Assembly: GCA_965203485.1 (NCBI GenBank)
Contig: OZ241892.1
Coordinates: 1,152,001-1,216,000, forward strand
Length of the DNA: 64,000 nucleotides
Direction of reading: 5' to 3'
Source: Longimicrobiales bacterium
GTDB lineage: Bacteria; Gemmatimonadota; Gemmatimonadetes; Longimicrobiales; Gaopeijiaceae
Positions 59,786-64,000 of the stretch are shown piece after piece. A program made the translations under genes and the position numbers. Within the stretch, counting starts at the first letter, position 1, and every line of letters starts with the position of its first letter. Below the pieces are notes generated by a model. It did no database searches, was not told where the DNA came from, and saw only the letters and a list, made by a program, of their open reading frames with translations.

Positions 59786-59863
59786 CCCGCGCCCCAGCGG
59801 TCGCGGTCGGTCGCCGCTTGCTTCCGCTCGCTTGGCCGCCGCGCGCGCTCCTGCCGCCAGGCT

Positions 59864-62617
<2,754 letters not shown>

Positions 62618-62809
62618 GGGGTTCGCGTCTCCTGGCGGGAGGTGCTTGAAGGCCGGCGCGTCGATTCGAGCGCGCGTAGCTCTCGTTACCATGGCGACGC
62701 CCCGGCGAGAGTTCAAGGCGGCCATCGGAGGGTCGGCCGCACAAGCGGAGGAGGCGACGCCGACACTACATTGAGGCCGGACGATCTCCCGCCGGGGAAG
62801 GGTGCGCCT

Positions 62810-63859
62810 GTGACGTGGATCGAGCCGGCCCACTCGAAGGGCCGCGTGGATTGGGCGGGACGAATTCTCGCGACGGCGGACGAGCGCGGCTCGTCGGACT
62901 CCGGGGACCTGCGCGAGGCACGCCTCGTCGCCAGCGCCTGGCGCTCGGCCCACGCGTTCCCCCTCAATGCGTTGCAGAACGGTCTCCGCCAACATGTCCG
63001 AAGGGTTTGCGACGACGCCGTCGTTTCTCAGCGCCTCAAGAGGATTCCGTCGACCATCGCCAAGCTCAAGCGCTTCGGCAGGATGAAACTGTCCCGGATG
63101 CAGGACGTCGGCGGCTGCCGCGCCGTCGTGAGCACGGTCGAGCAGGTCGAAGAGCTGGCCGACCGCTACCGCCGGTCGAGGACCAAGCACCGGGCCGCGA
63201 ACGGAAGGGACTACATCGCCCACCCGAAGGCGTCCGGATACCGCGGCGTGCACTTGGTCTACCGGTACGAGAGCAGCAGAAACCCGGCCTACAACGGATT
63301 GTTGACGGAAATCCAGCTTCGCACCCGCCTCCAGCACGCCTGGGCCACCGCGGTCGAAACCGCCGGTGCCTTCCTGGGGCAAGCGCTCAAGTCCAGCGAG
63401 GGCGAAGACGACTGGCTCCGCTTCTTCGCCTTGGCCAGCTCCGCCTTCGCATTGGACGAAGGCAGAAGCGCGGTCCCGGACACGCCGACGGACCACGACG
63501 CGTTGCGGGAACGGACGCGAAGGCTCGCCCAACGCTTGGACGTGGCGGCGCGCTTGGACGAGTTCGGCGCCCTGATCGACGGTCGGCCGGTTGAACGGTC
63601 GGCCAAGAAAGCGCACTTCGTCCTCCTGGAGCGGCGTCCCGACATGCGCCGCCTCTACGTGACCGAATACGGCAAGGGCGAGCTGGCCAAGATCACGGAC
63701 GACTACCTGAGCGCCGAGGAGAACCTCCGCCACGTCGACGGCGCCGAAGTCGTGATGGTGTCCGTCGACTCCCTTCAGGCGTTGCGGCGCGCCTATCCCA
63801 ACTACTACCTCGACACGCGCCTGTTCATGAAGGAGCTGGAGCGGGTTGTGGATCCGTAG
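62810..63859 (+). CDS. RelA/SpoT-domain protein, CapRel-like fused toxSAS-antitoxin
   Basis: QRLKR, MQDVGGCR, SGYRGVH, EIQLRT, HAWATAVE and C-terminal AYPNYY (YxxY). Confidence 0.8.
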   Translation: MTWIEPAHSKGRVDWAGRILATADERGSSDSGDLREARLVASAWRSAHAFPLNALQNGLRQHVRRVCDDAVVSQRLKRIPSTIAKLKRFGRMKLSRMQDVGGCRAVVSTVEQVEELADRYRRSRTKHRAANGRDYIAHPKASGYRGVHLVYRYESSRNPAYNGLLTEIQLRTRLQHAWATAVETAGAFLGQALKSSEGEDDWLRFFALASSAFALDEGRSAVPDTPTDHDALRERTRRLAQRLDVAARLDEFGALIDGRPVERSAKKAHFVLLERRPDMRRLYVTEYGKGELAKITDDYLSAEENLRHVDGAEVVMVSVDSLQALRRAYPNYYLDTRLFMKELERVVDP

Positions 63860-64000
63860 GCGGCGGATGCCGAGGCCTGCGGCGCGACGGACCTTCGGCG
63901 TGGCCGGAAACGCCGGTGTCGTTCCGCCTGCTGGAAGTCGCCAACTTCCGTGTCCGGCCGTTGCCGCGCCACTTCCTCTGTCGCCCTTTCGGCGGAGCGC

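Noticed and set aside
62618..63733. ~370-aa N-terminal extension on aconitase
   Set aside because: Mostly antisense to the RelA/SpoT-domain gene; aconitase similarity starts near 62617.

Overview
High-GC bacterial window; the gene set and surface-protein families suggest Gemmatimonadota, possibly host- or sponge-associated (inference). In order: (1) a decayed Ig-like lipoprotein remnant; (2) a complete nuoA-N operon preceded by a sigma70-like promoter and a near-perfect Rex operator; (3) a ~13 kb defence island with an Mrr nuclease split by an IS5-family element, two tandem Eco57I-like N6-adenine methyltransferases that are near-identical for ~2.36 kb but carry highly divergent specificity (TRD) regions, and a PLD-SNF2 helicase whose PLD catalytic His is Tyr; (4) S9 peptidase, RecQ, acyl-CoA dehydrogenase, RNase E/G; (5) an 11.6 kb autotransporter adhesin (21 Ig-like repeats, 4 cadherin repeats, beta-barrel) bracketed by two C18 tracts, whose synonymous codons shift from G-ending to C-ending along the gene; (6) chorismate mutase, Na+/solute symporter and an acyl-CoA catabolic cluster; (7) nfeD-floA-yqfB-like genes, aconitase and a CapRel-like fused toxin-antitoxin. 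The best candidates for something undescribed are the dual-specificity, apparently disarmed methylase/helicase module and the C18-bracketed adhesin. All calls were made by eye; no searches were run.
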